A stretch of 64,000 nucleotides of DNA from a candidate division FCPU426 bacterium (GTDB lineage Bacteria > Oederibacteriota > Muellerivitia > Muellerivitales > Muellerivitaceae), in the NCBI GenBank assembly GCA_963847625.1, contig CAWKAR010000028.1:32001-96000 (forward strand), written 5' to 3'. The translations under genes and the position numbers were made by a program. This document shows positions 1 to 10,751 of the stretch, one piece after another. The notes under the pieces were generated by a model, which was not told the DNA's origin, searched no databases, and worked only from the letters and a program-made list of their open reading frames with translations. Position 1 is the stretch's first letter. Each line of letters opens with the position of its first letter.

Positions 1-1167
1 GACCTTCGGCCGGGAAACCTGGAACTCGTACCCCTCCCGGCGCATGGTCTCGATGAGGATGCCAAGGTGCAGCTCCCCCCGCCCGGAGACTTGGATGGCG
101 TCCGGGCTGTCGGTGTCGGCGATCTTCAGCGTGGGATTGGCCTCCGATTCCTTATATAAGCGCTCCCTCATGTGCCGGGAAGTGACGAACTTCCCCTCCC
201 GCCCGGCGAAGGGGCTATTGTTGACCGAGAAAACCATGGACATGGTGGGCTCGTCGATGGTGGTGGGGGGGAGGGCCTCCGGGGCGGAGGTTGCGGCCAC
301 GGTCTCGCCGATCTGGACGTCCTCCAGGCCCGCCAGCAGGATGATGTCCCCCGCCGAGGCCTCCTGGCATTCCACCTGCTTGATGCCCTGGTAGGTGAAA
401 AGTTTGGTGGCGCTGTTGTTGATCATGCGGCCGTCCAGCTTGATCAGGGTGATGAGGTCGTTCAACTTGATCTTCCCGCGCTTGATGCGCCCGATGGCCA
501 TGCGGCCCAGGTACTCGTTGTAAGCGGTGGTGGTCACCAGCATTTGGAAGGGCGCTTCGACATCCACTTCAATGGGCTTGAAATGCTTGAGGATTGTCTC
601 GAAGAGGGGGGTGAGATCTTTCCCAGGCTTTGCCAAATCCCGGGTAGCCGTCCCCTCCCGTGCTACCGTGTATAGGACCGGATAGCTGATTTGGTGCTCG
701 TTGGCGCCCAGCGCGATGAAGAGGTCCAGAACCGCGTCCACCACCTCGTGGGCCCGGGCGTCCTGCCGGTCGATCTTGTTGATGACCACGATGGCGTCGA
801 GGTTCTTTTCCAGGCTTTTGCGAAGAACGAACTTGGTCTGGGGCAGGGGCCCCTCGGCGGCGTCCACCAGCAATAACACCCCGTCCACCATGGAAAGGAT
901 GCGCTCCACCTCCCCGCCGAAGTCGGCGTGGCCCGGCGTGTCCACGATGTTGATCTTCACCCCTTTCCACACCACCGAGGCGTTTTTGGAAAAGATGGTG
1001 ATGCCGCGCTCTTTTTCCAGGTCGTTGGAATCCATCACGCGCTCTTCCATATGTTCGTTGGCGCGGAAAACCCCCGATTGTTTGAATAGGGCGTCCACGA
1101 GGGTGGTCTTGCCGTGGTCGACATGGGCAATGATGGCGATGTTTCTTAAATCTTCACGCAGAGTCAT
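1..1167 (-). CDS. typA: Translational GTPase TypA/BipA (5' part; runs off the window start; missing from the ORF track)
   Basis: Manual translation from ATG at 1167: MTLREDLRNIAIIAHVDHGKTTLVD...MDSNDLEKERGITIFSKN...INIVDTPGHADFGGEVER; later GRGELHLGILIETMRREG. GAGG RBS upstream. Confidence 0.97.
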   Translation of the reverse strand, partial: MTLREDLRNIAIIAHVDHGKTTLVDALFKQSGVFRANEHMEERVMDSNDLEKERGITIFSKNASVVWKGVKINIVDTPGHADFGGEVERILSMVDGVLLLVDAAEGPLPQTKFVLRKSLEKNLDAIVVINKIDRQDARAHEVVDAVLDLFIALGANEHQISYPVLYTVAREGTATRDLAKPGKDLTPLFETILKHFKPIEVDVEAPFQMLVTTTAYNEYLGRMAIGRIKRGKIKLNDLITLIKLDGRMINNSATKLFTYQGIKQVECQEASAGDIILLAGLEDVQIGETVAATSAPEALPPTTIDEPTMSMVFSVNNSPFAGREGKFVTSRHMRERLYKESEANPTLKIADTDSPDAIQVSGRGELHLGILIETMRREGYEFQVSRPKV

Positions 1168-1415
1168 TCAAAAACCTCATTAACATTCTGTTTGTTTACA
1201 TACCGCTAAACCACTGAAAATCGAATACCAGCAAGCGAAAACCGCTTCCGGGGAGGCGAGAGTATACCAAAAGGTCTAGGAAATAACAGGGATTTGCCCG
1301 GGGTATGGCTTGGTTAGGCTGGTCGATGAGAAGTGCCGCATAAGGCAAAAAAGACATACAACCCATAACCAACTAAGCGAGCGGAAAAGTCCGCGTCAAA
1401 AACCTTTTCAACGAT

Positions 1416-3083
1416 TTACTCTAGTACCGCCCCCCTGTTGGCGCTGGTGACCATTCGGGAATACCGGCCCAGCCAGCCTGTTTTAATTTTTAGGGCCGGG
1501 GCTTTCCACGCAGCTTTTCGGCGCGAAAGTTCCGCCTCATCCACCTTCAGAGTGAGGCTGCGGTGATTGATGTCGATGAGGATGCGGTCACCATTCTTCA
1601 CTAAAGCGATAGGCCCTCCCTCGGCCGCTTCGGGGCTGATGTGTCCCAGGCAGGTTCCGGAAGTCCCGCCGGAAAACCTTCCATCGGTGATCAGGGCGAC
1701 CTTCTTGCCCAAGCCTTGGCCCTTGATCATGGAGGTCGGCGAAAGCATCTCGGGCATTCCAGGCCCGCCCTTGGGTCCTTCGTACCGCAGGACCACGACG
1801 TCGCCGGGTTGGATGGTCCGCTTGGCTAGGGCCGCCAGGCATTCGTCCTGGGAGTCAAACACCACCGCTTTTCCCTCGAAAGTCCAGCATTCCGGGTCCA
1901 CGCCCGCGGTCTTGATCACCGCTCCCTTGGGAGCCAAATTCCCGAAAAGCACGGCCAACCCGCCGTCTTGGGTAAAGGGTTTTTCAATCGTGCGAATGAC
2001 GTTGCCGTCCGAGCTCTTGGCGTTGGCGATGTTCTCGCCCAAGGTTTTTCCGGTGACCGTCGGCCGCTTGAGATTCAAGGTTCCCGGCTTGCGGCTTAGT
2101 TCCTTCAAAATGGCGCTGATGCCGCCCGCTTTGTCGATATCCTCCATATGAACATCCATGCGGGAGGGCGAGACCTTGCACAGGCAAGGCGTGCGGGCAG
2201 AGATCTCGTTGATGCGTTCCAGCGGGTATTCCACCCCTGCCTCGACGGCGATAGCCAGGGCGTGCAAAACCGTGTTGGTGGACCCGCCCATGGCCATATC
2301 CAAGGCAAAGGCGTTGTCGAGGGATTCCCGCGTTACCAGATCGCGCGGTTTCAATCCGTCTTTCACCATTTCCATGATGCGTTTTCCAGCCAGGGGGATG
2401 AGGGCCTCCCGCTCCGGGTTGAGGGCCAGGATCGTGCCGTTGCCCGGCAATGCCAGGCCCACGGCTTCCAACAGGCAGTTCATGGAATTGGCCGTAAACA
2501 TGCCAGCGCAGGAACCGCAGGAGGGACAGGCGGTGTCTTCCAGAACTTTCAACTGCGCTTCGGTCATTTGGCCCGCTTGCACCTTGCCCACTCCCTCGAA
2601 GATATGGATCAAGTCCAGCTTGGTGCCGTCCGCGGCGGTTCCCGCCAACATGGGTCCACCCGTCAGGAATAGGGTGGGTATGTTCACCCTTAAGGCGCCC
2701 ATGATCATTCCCGGGGTGATTTTGTCGCAGTTGGTAAGGCAGACCAGACCGTCGAAGCAGTGCGCCATGGCCATGGTCTCCAACCCATCGGCGATGAGTT
2801 CCCGGCTGGCCAGGGAATAACGCATGCCCAGGTGGCCCATGGCGATTCCGTCGTCCACCGCGATCGTATTGAACTCGAAGGGAACCCCGCCCGCCTCGCG
2901 GATGGCCTTTTTCACCTTCTCCCCCAGGACGTTCAGCCGGATATGGCCCGGTACGATATCCGTATAGGAATTGGCCACTCCGATGAAGGGTTTTTTCATG
3001 TCTTCCTCGGTCACGCCTACTGCTTTCAGCAGGCCCCGGTGTCCCGCGCGGTCAATGCCCTTCTTGATGGTATCGGAAATCAT
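1416..3083 (-). CDS. ilvD: Dihydroxy-acid dehydratase
   Basis: 555 aa; motifs [58 protein letters not shown]. Confidence 0.98.
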   Translation of the reverse strand: MISDTIKKGIDRAGHRGLLKAVGVTEEDMKKPFIGVANSYTDIVPGHIRLNVLGEKVKKAIREAGGVPFEFNTIAVDDGIAMGHLGMRYSLASRELIADGLETMAMAHCFDGLVCLTNCDKITPGMIMGALRVNIPTLFLTGGPMLAGTAADGTKLDLIHIFEGVGKVQAGQMTEAQLKVLEDTACPSCGSCAGMFTANSMNCLLEAVGLALPGNGTILALNPEREALIPLAGKRIMEMVKDGLKPRDLVTRESLDNAFALDMAMGGSTNTVLHALAIAVEAGVEYPLERINEISARTPCLCKVSPSRMDVHMEDIDKAGGISAILKELSRKPGTLNLKRPTVTGKTLGENIANAKSSDGNVIRTIEKPFTQDGGLAVLFGNLAPKGAVIKTAGVDPECWTFEGKAVVFDSQDECLAALAKRTIQPGDVVVLRYEGPKGGPGMPEMLSPTSMIKGQGLGKKVALITDGRFSGGTSGTCLGHISPEAAEGGPIALVKNGDRILIDINHRSLTLKVDEAELSRRKAAWKAPALKIKTGWLGRYSRMVTSANRGAVLE

Positions 3084-3357
3084 GTCGCATCCTCCTAAAA
3101 TGGTTCAATAAAACCTTAAAAAGAAAAAGCACACTTTAATTTCGGCTCAAATTAAAGCCGCCTGGGAAACCATTAGAAGACGGCTCAACCTAATAGAGGG
3201 TCCCGCAAGTGGTGAAACGCCAAGATACGCCCAAAAGGATTGTCTAGCAAGTCTCAATGAAAAACTAGGGTAGCAGGAATGTAAATATTCCGGACCCCAA
3301 AAAAGGGATTTCGACCAAGCCAAATGGGTGGCTATAGGCTAACGGGAAGTGGGGCAC

Positions 3358-3386
3358 TTGACGGAGTGTCTTATTTATGAGACTAT
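3358..3386 (+). promoter_or_regulatory. Putative sigma70 promoter of the TA operon with overlapping palindromic operator
   Basis: TTGACG (3358-3363), 17 nt, GACTAT (3381-3386). Imperfect inverted repeat GTCTTATTTATGAGAC (3368-3383) sits in the spacer. GTG start at 3393. Confidence 0.5.
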
Positions 3387-3392
3387 CGTTTA

Positions 3393-3710
3393 GTGATATT
3401 ACCACTTCCTCAATGCATGAAAGAGATCGCAGAATTCCCCCGAGAGGTGCGGGAAGATCTCGCCGATGCCTTAGCGCGCTTGGATGAAGGTCATACACTT
3501 TCCATGCCCTTGTCCCGCCCTATGACTTCCATTGGCAAGGGTGTTCATGAATTGAGAATCAGGGATCGATCTGGAATTTATCGGGTGATTTATGTCCTGG
3601 TTGGCGCAGGAGCGATTTATTTGATTCATGCTTTTGTGAAAAAAGATAAGAAGACGCCGATGCCGAATATTGATTTGGTGAAAAGGCGCTTAAAGGAATT
3701 GATAAGATGA
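3393..3710 (+). CDS. Type II TA toxin, RelE/ParE (HigB/Gp49-like) family
   Basis: 105 aa; SRPMTSIGKGVHELRIRDRSGIYRVIY...IYLIHAFVKKDKKTP pattern; ATGA overlap with the downstream HTH gene. Confidence 0.9.
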   Translation: MILPLPQCMKEIAEFPREVREDLADALARLDEGHTLSMPLSRPMTSIGKGVHELRIRDRSGIYRVIYVLVGAGAIYLIHAFVKKDKKTPMPNIDLVKRRLKELIR

Positions 3711-3994
3711 AACATAAAAGTACGGCGGTGGAAATTGCGAAATTGGCAGGTATTTCTCCAGCGAAAGGAATGGAAGCTATTATCAAAGCACAACTGATAA
3801 CAGCTGTTTTGCAAGCCCTTCAAGATAAGAAAACAACTCACCTGGAACTCGCAAAGCGCGCGAAGCTTCCAAGGAGCGCCGTGACGGGTATTCTTTCGGG
3901 TAGTTTACAGAAGGTAACCATTGATCGGGTTCTTAGGCTCATTGAAGCGGTTGGTCTTATCGCGGAGATTCGAATCAGGAAATCCGCCGCCTAA
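3707..3994 (+). CDS. XRE-family HTH antitoxin (HigA-like)
   Basis: 95 aa; THLELAKRAKLPRSAVTGILSG...VTIDRVLRL HTH; coupled downstream of the toxin. Confidence 0.85.
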   Translation: MKHKSTAVEIAKLAGISPAKGMEAIIKAQLITAVLQALQDKKTTHLELAKRAKLPRSAVTGILSGSLQKVTIDRVLRLIEAVGLIAEIRIRKSAA

Positions 3995-4294
3995 AGGTGC
4001 TTTCGGATTTCTTTTAATATTTTCTCCCAATATTCTGGAATATTAGAACGAGTCATTCAACACCTCCCCATATCCATCAACCTAATCGGTGCTATTTTTT
4101 CGTCCAATGCGGGTCCCGCAGGTAGTGAAACATAAATATTCCGCACGGCGGAAAGGGTAAAGTGGTTTCAATAGGTCCGTCATTTAGAAAATATTAATTA
4201 ATGACGCCTTTTTATAAGATAGCCGATCCATGATTCATGTGAAATCCATTGAAAAAAAGTAAAAATCGGCGGGTTTGAGCTGTTGAGAATAAGA

Positions 4295-7200
4295 CTACTT
4301 TAAGAGAAGGATTCTTTTGATTTGCCTGTTATAAGGCTCGACGAGATAGAGAATATAGACCCCGCTCGCGCAGGGATCACCGTTTTTGTTTCTCCCGTCC
4401 CAAAGATAAGAAGCGGCAATCGGACCTTCCAAGTGCCGCGCATCCAGGGTTTTGATGTGTTCCCCGGCGGAATTATAAATCCCCAGGGAATAGGCGCCCG
4501 GATACTGGCAGTAATCCACTTGAATGGAAATCGGTCCCTGGCTTGGCTGGAATATGTTTTCCGAGACGTAAAATAGATCGCAGGACGGAAGCGGCGTGAA
4601 GGTCGGAGTAGGGATTAGGGTCGGAGTGGGTGTCAGTGTGGTTTGTGGGCAACCCAGCAAAAACATTTTATAGCAATACCCGGTGGACGGCGCGGTTAGG
4701 ATGGCGGGATTCGGGTAGGTGGAAGGAATGGATCCCGTAATTGCCCCGGAGTCTGTTTGGCAACTATAAAGGCCTTGAGAATCAAAGCCGAGCCCGCCCA
4801 CCGGGAAATTTTCCAACAGGATGCAGGAATCGCCGCAAGGAAAGGTTACGGGGCCAATGGCGATCGTCACCCAACCGGCGGGCACACCGTTTACCGTGAC
4901 GCTGGTGGCGGCAACCAGGCTGGTGTTGTCATAAACCCCCAGGTTCATAGTCCAGGTGGTGGCGAACCCGGAATCTATAAAAAAAGCCATTTGACCAAAG
5001 GTGACGCCGCAGACCGCTGGATAGGCGTTGGCTACGTAATTGTTAGGGTTCATGAAAAAATATTTGAGTGGCGATTTATAATCCGACCCCAGTAAAACGC
5101 AATTCGAAGTGTTCGTCGGCGTGGGGCTGTATGTCACTGTAGGCGTATCGGTGGTCGTTAAGGAGTTCGTGGGTGTGGGCGTTGGGGACGGCGTCTGTGA
5201 CAGGGTGGGTGTACTGGTCGGGGTCAGAGTCGGACTATTCGTCGCCGTGTAAGTGCCCGTGGCGGTGGATGTGTACGTTGGAGTGACAGTAGCCGTGAAG
5301 GTATTCGTCGGCGTTGGGGTCAGGGTTGGGGTTGCGGTTTCTGTCGGCGAATAAGTCGGAGTATTGGTAGGTGTTGTGGTGCTGGTATTTGTGGGGGTGT
5401 TCGTTACTGTGCTAGTCGGGGTTTCGGTAAAAGTGCAGGTATCGCCGGGATAGCCGCAGGGTGTTGGCGTATAAAAATCACTCGCGTCAAACTTCGCAAC
5501 AAAAGCGTCAATAGCACCGGCATAAGCCGTCTGGAAGGCGCCGGTGGTCGTGGGAAAACCCGTTGAAGTCGTATATCCTGTCATATAAGCATTATCCGAC
5601 CCATCCAATACGATTCTATAACTTATACAATTACCGTTTCCACCCAAATAGGTCGAATAAACCAAGTCGCCCGTCCCGCCACCTGCCGGATTCAATTCCG
5701 CTAAAAAGGCATTCTGTCCACCGCCAAAAACAGTCTGGTATGCCCCGGGTGTCGTTGGAAAGTTGGTGGACATGGTGTATCCCGTTACGTAAGCGTTACC
5801 GCTCGAATCCAGGACAATTCCACAACCAGCATCACTGGCGCTCCCGCCAAAATAGGTGGAATAGAGCAGGGCCGTGCCGCCCGGGTTCAGCTTGGTCAGG
5901 TAAGCATTGGAATTTCCCAACAAAGTGGTTTGGTATGCCCCGGGTGCAGAAGGGAAATTGGTTGATGCTGTCTCACCCGAAACGTAGGCGTTCCCACTTG
6001 CATCCACCGCGATGCTATTACCTCCATCATCCCCGCTTCCACCCAAATAGGTCGAATACACCAAAACACTTCCGGAGGCGTTTAACTTTGCCACGAAGGC
6101 ATCCCAATAGCCGCCGCCATAAACCGTTTGATAAACCCCGCTGGTCGTGGGGAAATCAGTCGATTGCGTATAACCCGTCACATACGCATTTCCTGACCCA
6201 TCCACCGCGATGCTATTACCTCCATCATTCCCGCTTCCACCCAAATAGGTCGAATAAACCAAGTCGCCCGTCCCGCCGCCTGCCGGATTCAGCTTCAATA
6301 CGAAGACTTCATCGCCGGATAAACCGGTGGATCCATTACTTGTCTGATAAGCCCCTGCCGTAGTAGGAAAATCAATGGAGCTGGTGGTACCCGTCACATA
6401 GGCAAATCCACTGGAATCCACCACAATACCCGAACTCGCATCAACACCATTCCCCCCCAAGTAAGTCGAATAGAGTAAAACCGTACCCGCCGGGTTCAGC
6501 TTGGTAACGAAAGCGCTAGAGGGCCCACTTCCATGAATTGTTTGGTAAGCCCCAGCCGTAGTGGGGAAATTAGTTGAATAGGTGTAACCCGTCACGTAGG
6601 CATCCCCGCCCGAATCCACGGCGATACCTTGACCTAAGTCCATGTCACTCCCGCCCAAATAGGTTGAATAAACCAAGGCCGTGCCGGTCGGGTTCATCTC
6701 GGTTACAAAGGCGTCATAATTGACACCATCCAAACTTGTTTGGTAAGCCCCAGCCGTGGCGGGAAAATCGGTGGATTGGGTATAACCCGTCACGTAGGCA
6801 TCCCCCGACAAATCCACTGCAATTCCAACTCCATAATCCCAATCGCTCCCTCCCAGATAGGTCGAATAATCCAACTGTGGGTCGATCACCAGGGGAAGGG
6901 TTTTGTCATAGTTCCCCATTTCAAAACCAATTTTCCCATCCGGCTTTAACGAGTAATGGCCTTCTATCTTTTCATTTTCAATTGTCCATTCTCCATTTTT
7001 CATTCTCTTCTGGTAAACCACCGGTGCCTTGAAAGCAACATCCCCTTGGGTCATGTGGAAAATTAGATTTCCTTGGCCGTCCACTTCCGCGTTTTTGGCA
7101 CCCTCGTAATTGAGACCAATGACACTTGGGTCCACACCCGGCTTCACCTCGAAGTCGTATTCCAATTTTCTTTGATTGCCGTAATACTCCATGTCAATGC

Positions 7201-7792
7201 CGGGATAGACATCCTTCATTTTCACTTTGATATAGTTTGGAATATTGGTGCGCCACTCGGAGGGGTCATTTCCAATGAAATAATTGCTCTTCCCTTCCGC
7301 CTTTTCCAACCCCTCAAATTCGGCCAAGCGGTTCCCGCCTTCAAGCCTCAAACGCAAAACATCTGGAGAACCAATTTGGAATGAGGAATTAGGAATTGGG
7401 AATTCATGACCAAGTCTTCCGGCTTTTCGCGATAAATCTTTAGGCCCTCCATGCTTAAGGACAAACACCGCTTCAGCGGGCGTAATAAAGAGGGTATAAC
7501 CGCTTCCCCGAGAGAGAAACTTCACTTCGGAATTGGCCTGTCCTGAGCCTGTCGAACGGACCTGTCCCTCGTTGGGTTCAAAGTAAAGCGGGATATGTCC
7601 ATAATTCTGGTTGAGTTTTAAAAATGCGGTTTGATTGGGCTGGGCAATTTTGGAAAAGACATTCGTTTTTTGTTTAGCGGGGGAAGAACTGTTCCTGTTC
7701 GTTGAAACTAAACCTATCCCAAATACTGCGATGACGTAGACAAAGAGACCAGCATTTAAAAACCGGATATTATTTCGAGATACTTTCGGCAT
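4295..7792 (-). CDS. Secreted/surface SBBP beta-propeller repeat protein with Thr/Pro stalk, extra Cys-containing domain and FlgD-Ig/T9SS-like C-terminal domain (copy 1, intact)
   Basis: 1165 aa; N-terminal hydrophobic segment; FEPNEGQ...YPGID...LEYDF...LVIDP N-domain; repeated YSTYLGG..D.G.GIAVD.SG.AYVTGYT.STDFPTT.GAYQT; TPT stalk; C-terminus [12 protein letters not shown]...WDGRNKNG...ASGVY...KRILLLK. Confidence 0.88.
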   Translation of the reverse strand: MPKVSRNNIRFLNAGLFVYVIAVFGIGLVSTNRNSSSPAKQKTNVFSKIAQPNQTAFLKLNQNYGHIPLYFEPNEGQVRSTGSGQANSEVKFLSRGSGYTLFITPAEAVFVLKHGGPKDLSRKAGRLGHEFPIPNSSFQIGSPDVLRLRLEGGNRLAEFEGLEKAEGKSNYFIGNDPSEWRTNIPNYIKVKMKDVYPGIDMEYYGNQRKLEYDFEVKPGVDPSVIGLNYEGAKNAEVDGQGNLIFHMTQGDVAFKAPVVYQKRMKNGEWTIENEKIEGHYSLKPDGKIGFEMGNYDKTLPLVIDPQLDYSTYLGGSDWDYGVGIAVDLSGDAYVTGYTQSTDFPATAGAYQTSLDGVNYDAFVTEMNPTGTALVYSTYLGGSDMDLGQGIAVDSGGDAYVTGYTYSTNFPTTAGAYQTIHGSGPSSAFVTKLNPAGTVLLYSTYLGGNGVDASSGIVVDSSGFAYVTGTTSSIDFPTTAGAYQTSNGSTGLSGDEVFVLKLNPAGGGTGDLVYSTYLGGSGNDGGNSIAVDGSGNAYVTGYTQSTDFPTTSGVYQTVYGGGYWDAFVAKLNASGSVLVYSTYLGGSGDDGGNSIAVDASGNAYVSGETASTNFPSAPGAYQTTLLGNSNAYLTKLNPGGTALLYSTYFGGSASDAGCGIVLDSSGNAYVTGYTMSTNFPTTPGAYQTVFGGGQNAFLAELNPAGGGTGDLVYSTYLGGNGNCISYRIVLDGSDNAYMTGYTTSTGFPTTTGAFQTAYAGAIDAFVAKFDASDFYTPTPCGYPGDTCTFTETPTSTVTNTPTNTSTTTPTNTPTYSPTETATPTLTPTPTNTFTATVTPTYTSTATGTYTATNSPTLTPTSTPTLSQTPSPTPTPTNSLTTTDTPTVTYSPTPTNTSNCVLLGSDYKSPLKYFFMNPNNYVANAYPAVCGVTFGQMAFFIDSGFATTWTMNLGVYDNTSLVAATSVTVNGVPAGWVTIAIGPVTFPCGDSCILLENFPVGGLGFDSQGLYSCQTDSGAITGSIPSTYPNPAILTAPSTGYCYKMFLLGCPQTTLTPTPTLIPTPTFTPLPSCDLFYVSENIFQPSQGPISIQVDYCQYPGAYSLGIYNSAGEHIKTLDARHLEGPIAASYLWDGRNKNGDPCASGVYILYLVEPYNRQIKRILLLK

Positions 7793-7809
7793 GTTTATTC
7801 CTTCGTCTA

Positions 7810-7939
7810 AAACTTTGCTGAAAAAGTCCCAAAATGGACTTTTTCAGCTGACGACATTTGTGGAAACCCCATGATTCCTGCGGAATCTTTGGGGTCGCAG
7901 GCTACTTGGTGGGCCTATTTTAATTTTTTAGCAGCCTGC
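7810..7939. mobile_element. 130-bp MITE/REP-like non-autonomous insertion with TA flanks
   Basis: Absent from the paralogous intergenic junction at 10752-10789. Flanked by TA (7808-09, 7940-41). Sub-terminal inverted repeat TGCTGAAAAA / TTTTTAGCA. Perfect 13-bp hairpin 7817-7848 and a second hairpin 7866-7895. Confidence 0.65.
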
Positions 7940-7962
7940 TAATTATATCTCGAAGGGGGTTT

Positions 7963-10751
7963 TTACTTTAAAAGAAGGATTCTTTTGATTTGGCGGTTAT
8001 AGGGCTCAACAAGGTAAAGAATATAGACTCCGCTGGCGCATGGATCACCGTATTTGTTCCTACCGTCCCAAAGGTAAAAAGCGGAAATTGGGCCTTCCAA
8101 ATGCCGCGAATCCAGGGTCTTGATGTGTTCCCCGGCGGAATTATAAATCCCCAAGGAAAAGTCACCCGGATACTGGCAGTAGGAAACATAGATCGAGACA
8201 GGCCCGTTGGATGGGAAAAACGCGTTCTTCGAGATGGAGAACTCAGAGCAGGATGGAAGCGCCGTAAAGGTCGGCGTCAAAGTATATGTGATCGTGAGGG
8301 TAAACGTGGTGGTAGGTGTCGGCGTAGGAGTCGGCGTGTTCGTAGGCGTGCTGGTATCCATGGGTGTGTAAGTGCCCGTCGGGGTGTTCGTCGGCGTGGG
8401 CGAGAAGGTGTCGGTGGGTGTGTTCATCGGCGTAGGGGTATTGGTATTCGTCGGGGTGGAAGTGAGGGTTGTGTTGGGGGTCGGGATGGAAAAAATGGAA
8501 GAGTCGAATTTCGTCACGAAACCTGTCAAATAGCCCCCCCCATAATTCGGTTGGAAGACCCCCGGGGTGATCGGGAAATTCGATCCGGCGAAACCCACCA
8601 TATAGACGCCGCCGTCGGACCCCAGGGCGACGCCAGCCGGATCGCTGTCCCAACTACTTCCGCTAAAATAGGTGGAATAAAGCAATCCAGTGCCTGTGGG
8701 ATTCAGTTGGGTCAAGAAACCGTCATCGGCGCTTGTGGTTTTACTGGTTTGGTAGGCCCCGGGCGTGGTGGGAAAATTTGAATCATCCGTATAACCGACC
8801 ACGTAGGCCCGGCCCGCGGCGTCCACGGCGATGGCCATCCCGACGTCCGTGCCGCCGCTGCCCCCCAGGTAGGTGGAATAAGCCAGGTCCGCGGCGCCGT
8901 TGCCGGCCGGGACGATCTTGGAAACAAAACAATCGTCACCCAGATTGGCCGTGGGTTGGAAGGCCCCGGGAGTCGTCGGGAAACCCGTTCCGGTGTAACC
9001 GGTGATATAAGCAGCCCCCGAAGAGTCCACCGCCAGACCGTTGCAATAAAAGTAGCCCACATAAGTGCAATAAAGCAGGGAAGAACCGGTAGAGTTAAAG
9101 ACCGCGACGTAGGGTGAAAACGGATTGTTGACGTTGGTGGAGGCGCTTTGATAGGCCCCGGGAGTGACGGGCATGCCCGCATAGGCGGTGCCCGCAAGGT
9201 AGACATTCCCGCCAGGACCCAAGGCTAATGAAAAACCGCCGGATAAGCCTCCGGAACATCCCAGATAGGTACAGAACAGCAAATCGTTGGCGCCGTTCCC
9301 GGCGGGGTTCAGCTCGGCCAGAAAGACGGCGTGGGAGCCTTGGACGGTGGTCTGGTAGGCACCCGAAGTCGCGGGCAGGTCCCCGTCAGTGGCACCCGTC
9401 GCGTAAATATCACCGGAGGCGTTCAAGGCGATCCCGCCCGCCGTGCTTCCCCCCCGCCCAAGTAAGTGGAATAAACCAGGAAAGATCCGTTGGGGTTCAG
9501 TTCCGCCACAGCCGGCCCCCCGCCCGAGCTGGCGGTCTCATAGCTGCCGGTGGTCGTCGGGAAACCCGTGGGCGCATTAGCCATGATGAACGCGTTCCCG
9601 GCCCCATTCACCGCGATGCCGGTAGGGGTGCCCTCGGCGGGCCCCAGGTAGGTCGCGTAAAGAAGTGTGGAGCCCGTGGGATCAATTTTGGAAACGACCA
9701 TATTGATAAGGTGGGATGAAAAGGCGGATTGATAGGCGCCGGGCGTGACCGGGAAATTGCCGTCCGAAGTCCCGGCGACATAGGCGTTTCCGGCCGCATC
9801 CACCGCAATCAGGTTCATCCCATCTATTATGTTCCCCCCCAGGTAGGTGGAGTAATCCAAGACCGGGTCGATCACCAGGGGAAGGGTTTTGTCATAGTTC
9901 CCCATTTCAAAACCGATTTTCCCATCTGGCTTTAACGAGTAATGGCCTTCTATCTTTTCATTTTCAATTGTCCATTCTCCATTTTTCATTCTCTTCTGGT
10001 AAACCACCGGTGCCTTGAAAGCAACGTCCCCTTTGTCCATGTGGAAAATCAGATCCCCTTGGCCGTCCACTTCGGCGTTTTTGGCACCCTCATAACTGAG
10101 ACCAATTACATTTGGATCCACCCCCGGCTTCACCTCGAAGTCATACTCCAGTTTTCTCTGCGCTCCGTAATAAACCATGTCAACACCCGGATAGACTTCC
10201 CTCATCTTCACTTTGGTATAGTTGGGTATGTTGGTGTGCCACTTGGAACGGTCATTGCCGATGAAGTAATTACTCTTCCCTTCCGTCTTTTCCATTCCCG
10301 CGAATTCTGCTAATCGGTTCCCACCCTCAAGCCTCAGTCTCAAAACATCCGGATTATTTGGTTTGATAGGTTCTTTCGCACCAAAGCCTTTGGCTGGGTC
10401 TCTGAGTCTCTGTGGTAAATTTTTCCCTTCGCCTCTTTTCAGGACAAACACCGCTTCGGCGGGAGTTATAAAAAGAGAATAACCACTTCCCCTAGAGAGA
10501 AATTTCACCTGGGGGTCGAATTGGCCTTCGTTGGGTTCGAAATAAAGGGGGATGTGCCCGTGATTCTGGTTGAGTTTCAAAAGCGCGGTTTGATTGGGCT
10601 GGGCAACTTTGGAAGCGGTTTGGGATTTTTTTGATACAGGGGAAGAACTGTTATGGGTTGTGGTAACCAAACCCATTCCAAAAACTAAGATGACACAGGC
10701 AAATAGACTGGCGTTTAAAAGCCTCATATGTTTCTTGGATACTTTCGGCAT
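7963..10751 (-). pseudogene. SBBP repeat protein copy 2, frameshifted at a G7 homopolymer (phase-variable, pseudogene or sequencing indel)
   Basis: ORFs 9423..10751 and 7963..9426 join into one SBBP protein ([21 protein letters not shown]) if the C-run at 9449-9455 is 8 rather than 7 long. Start MPKVSKK at 10751 with the same RBS context as copy 1. Confidence 0.85.

Noticed and set aside
44..2820. Plus-strand ORFs over typA and ilvD, and similar overlapping ORFs across the window
   Set aside because: Antisense or alternate-frame shadows of well-supported genes in GC-rich coding DNA.
3988..4131. Integron attC site after the TA pair
   Set aside because: No RYYYAAC...GTTRRRY pair with an internal palindrome, and no integrase.
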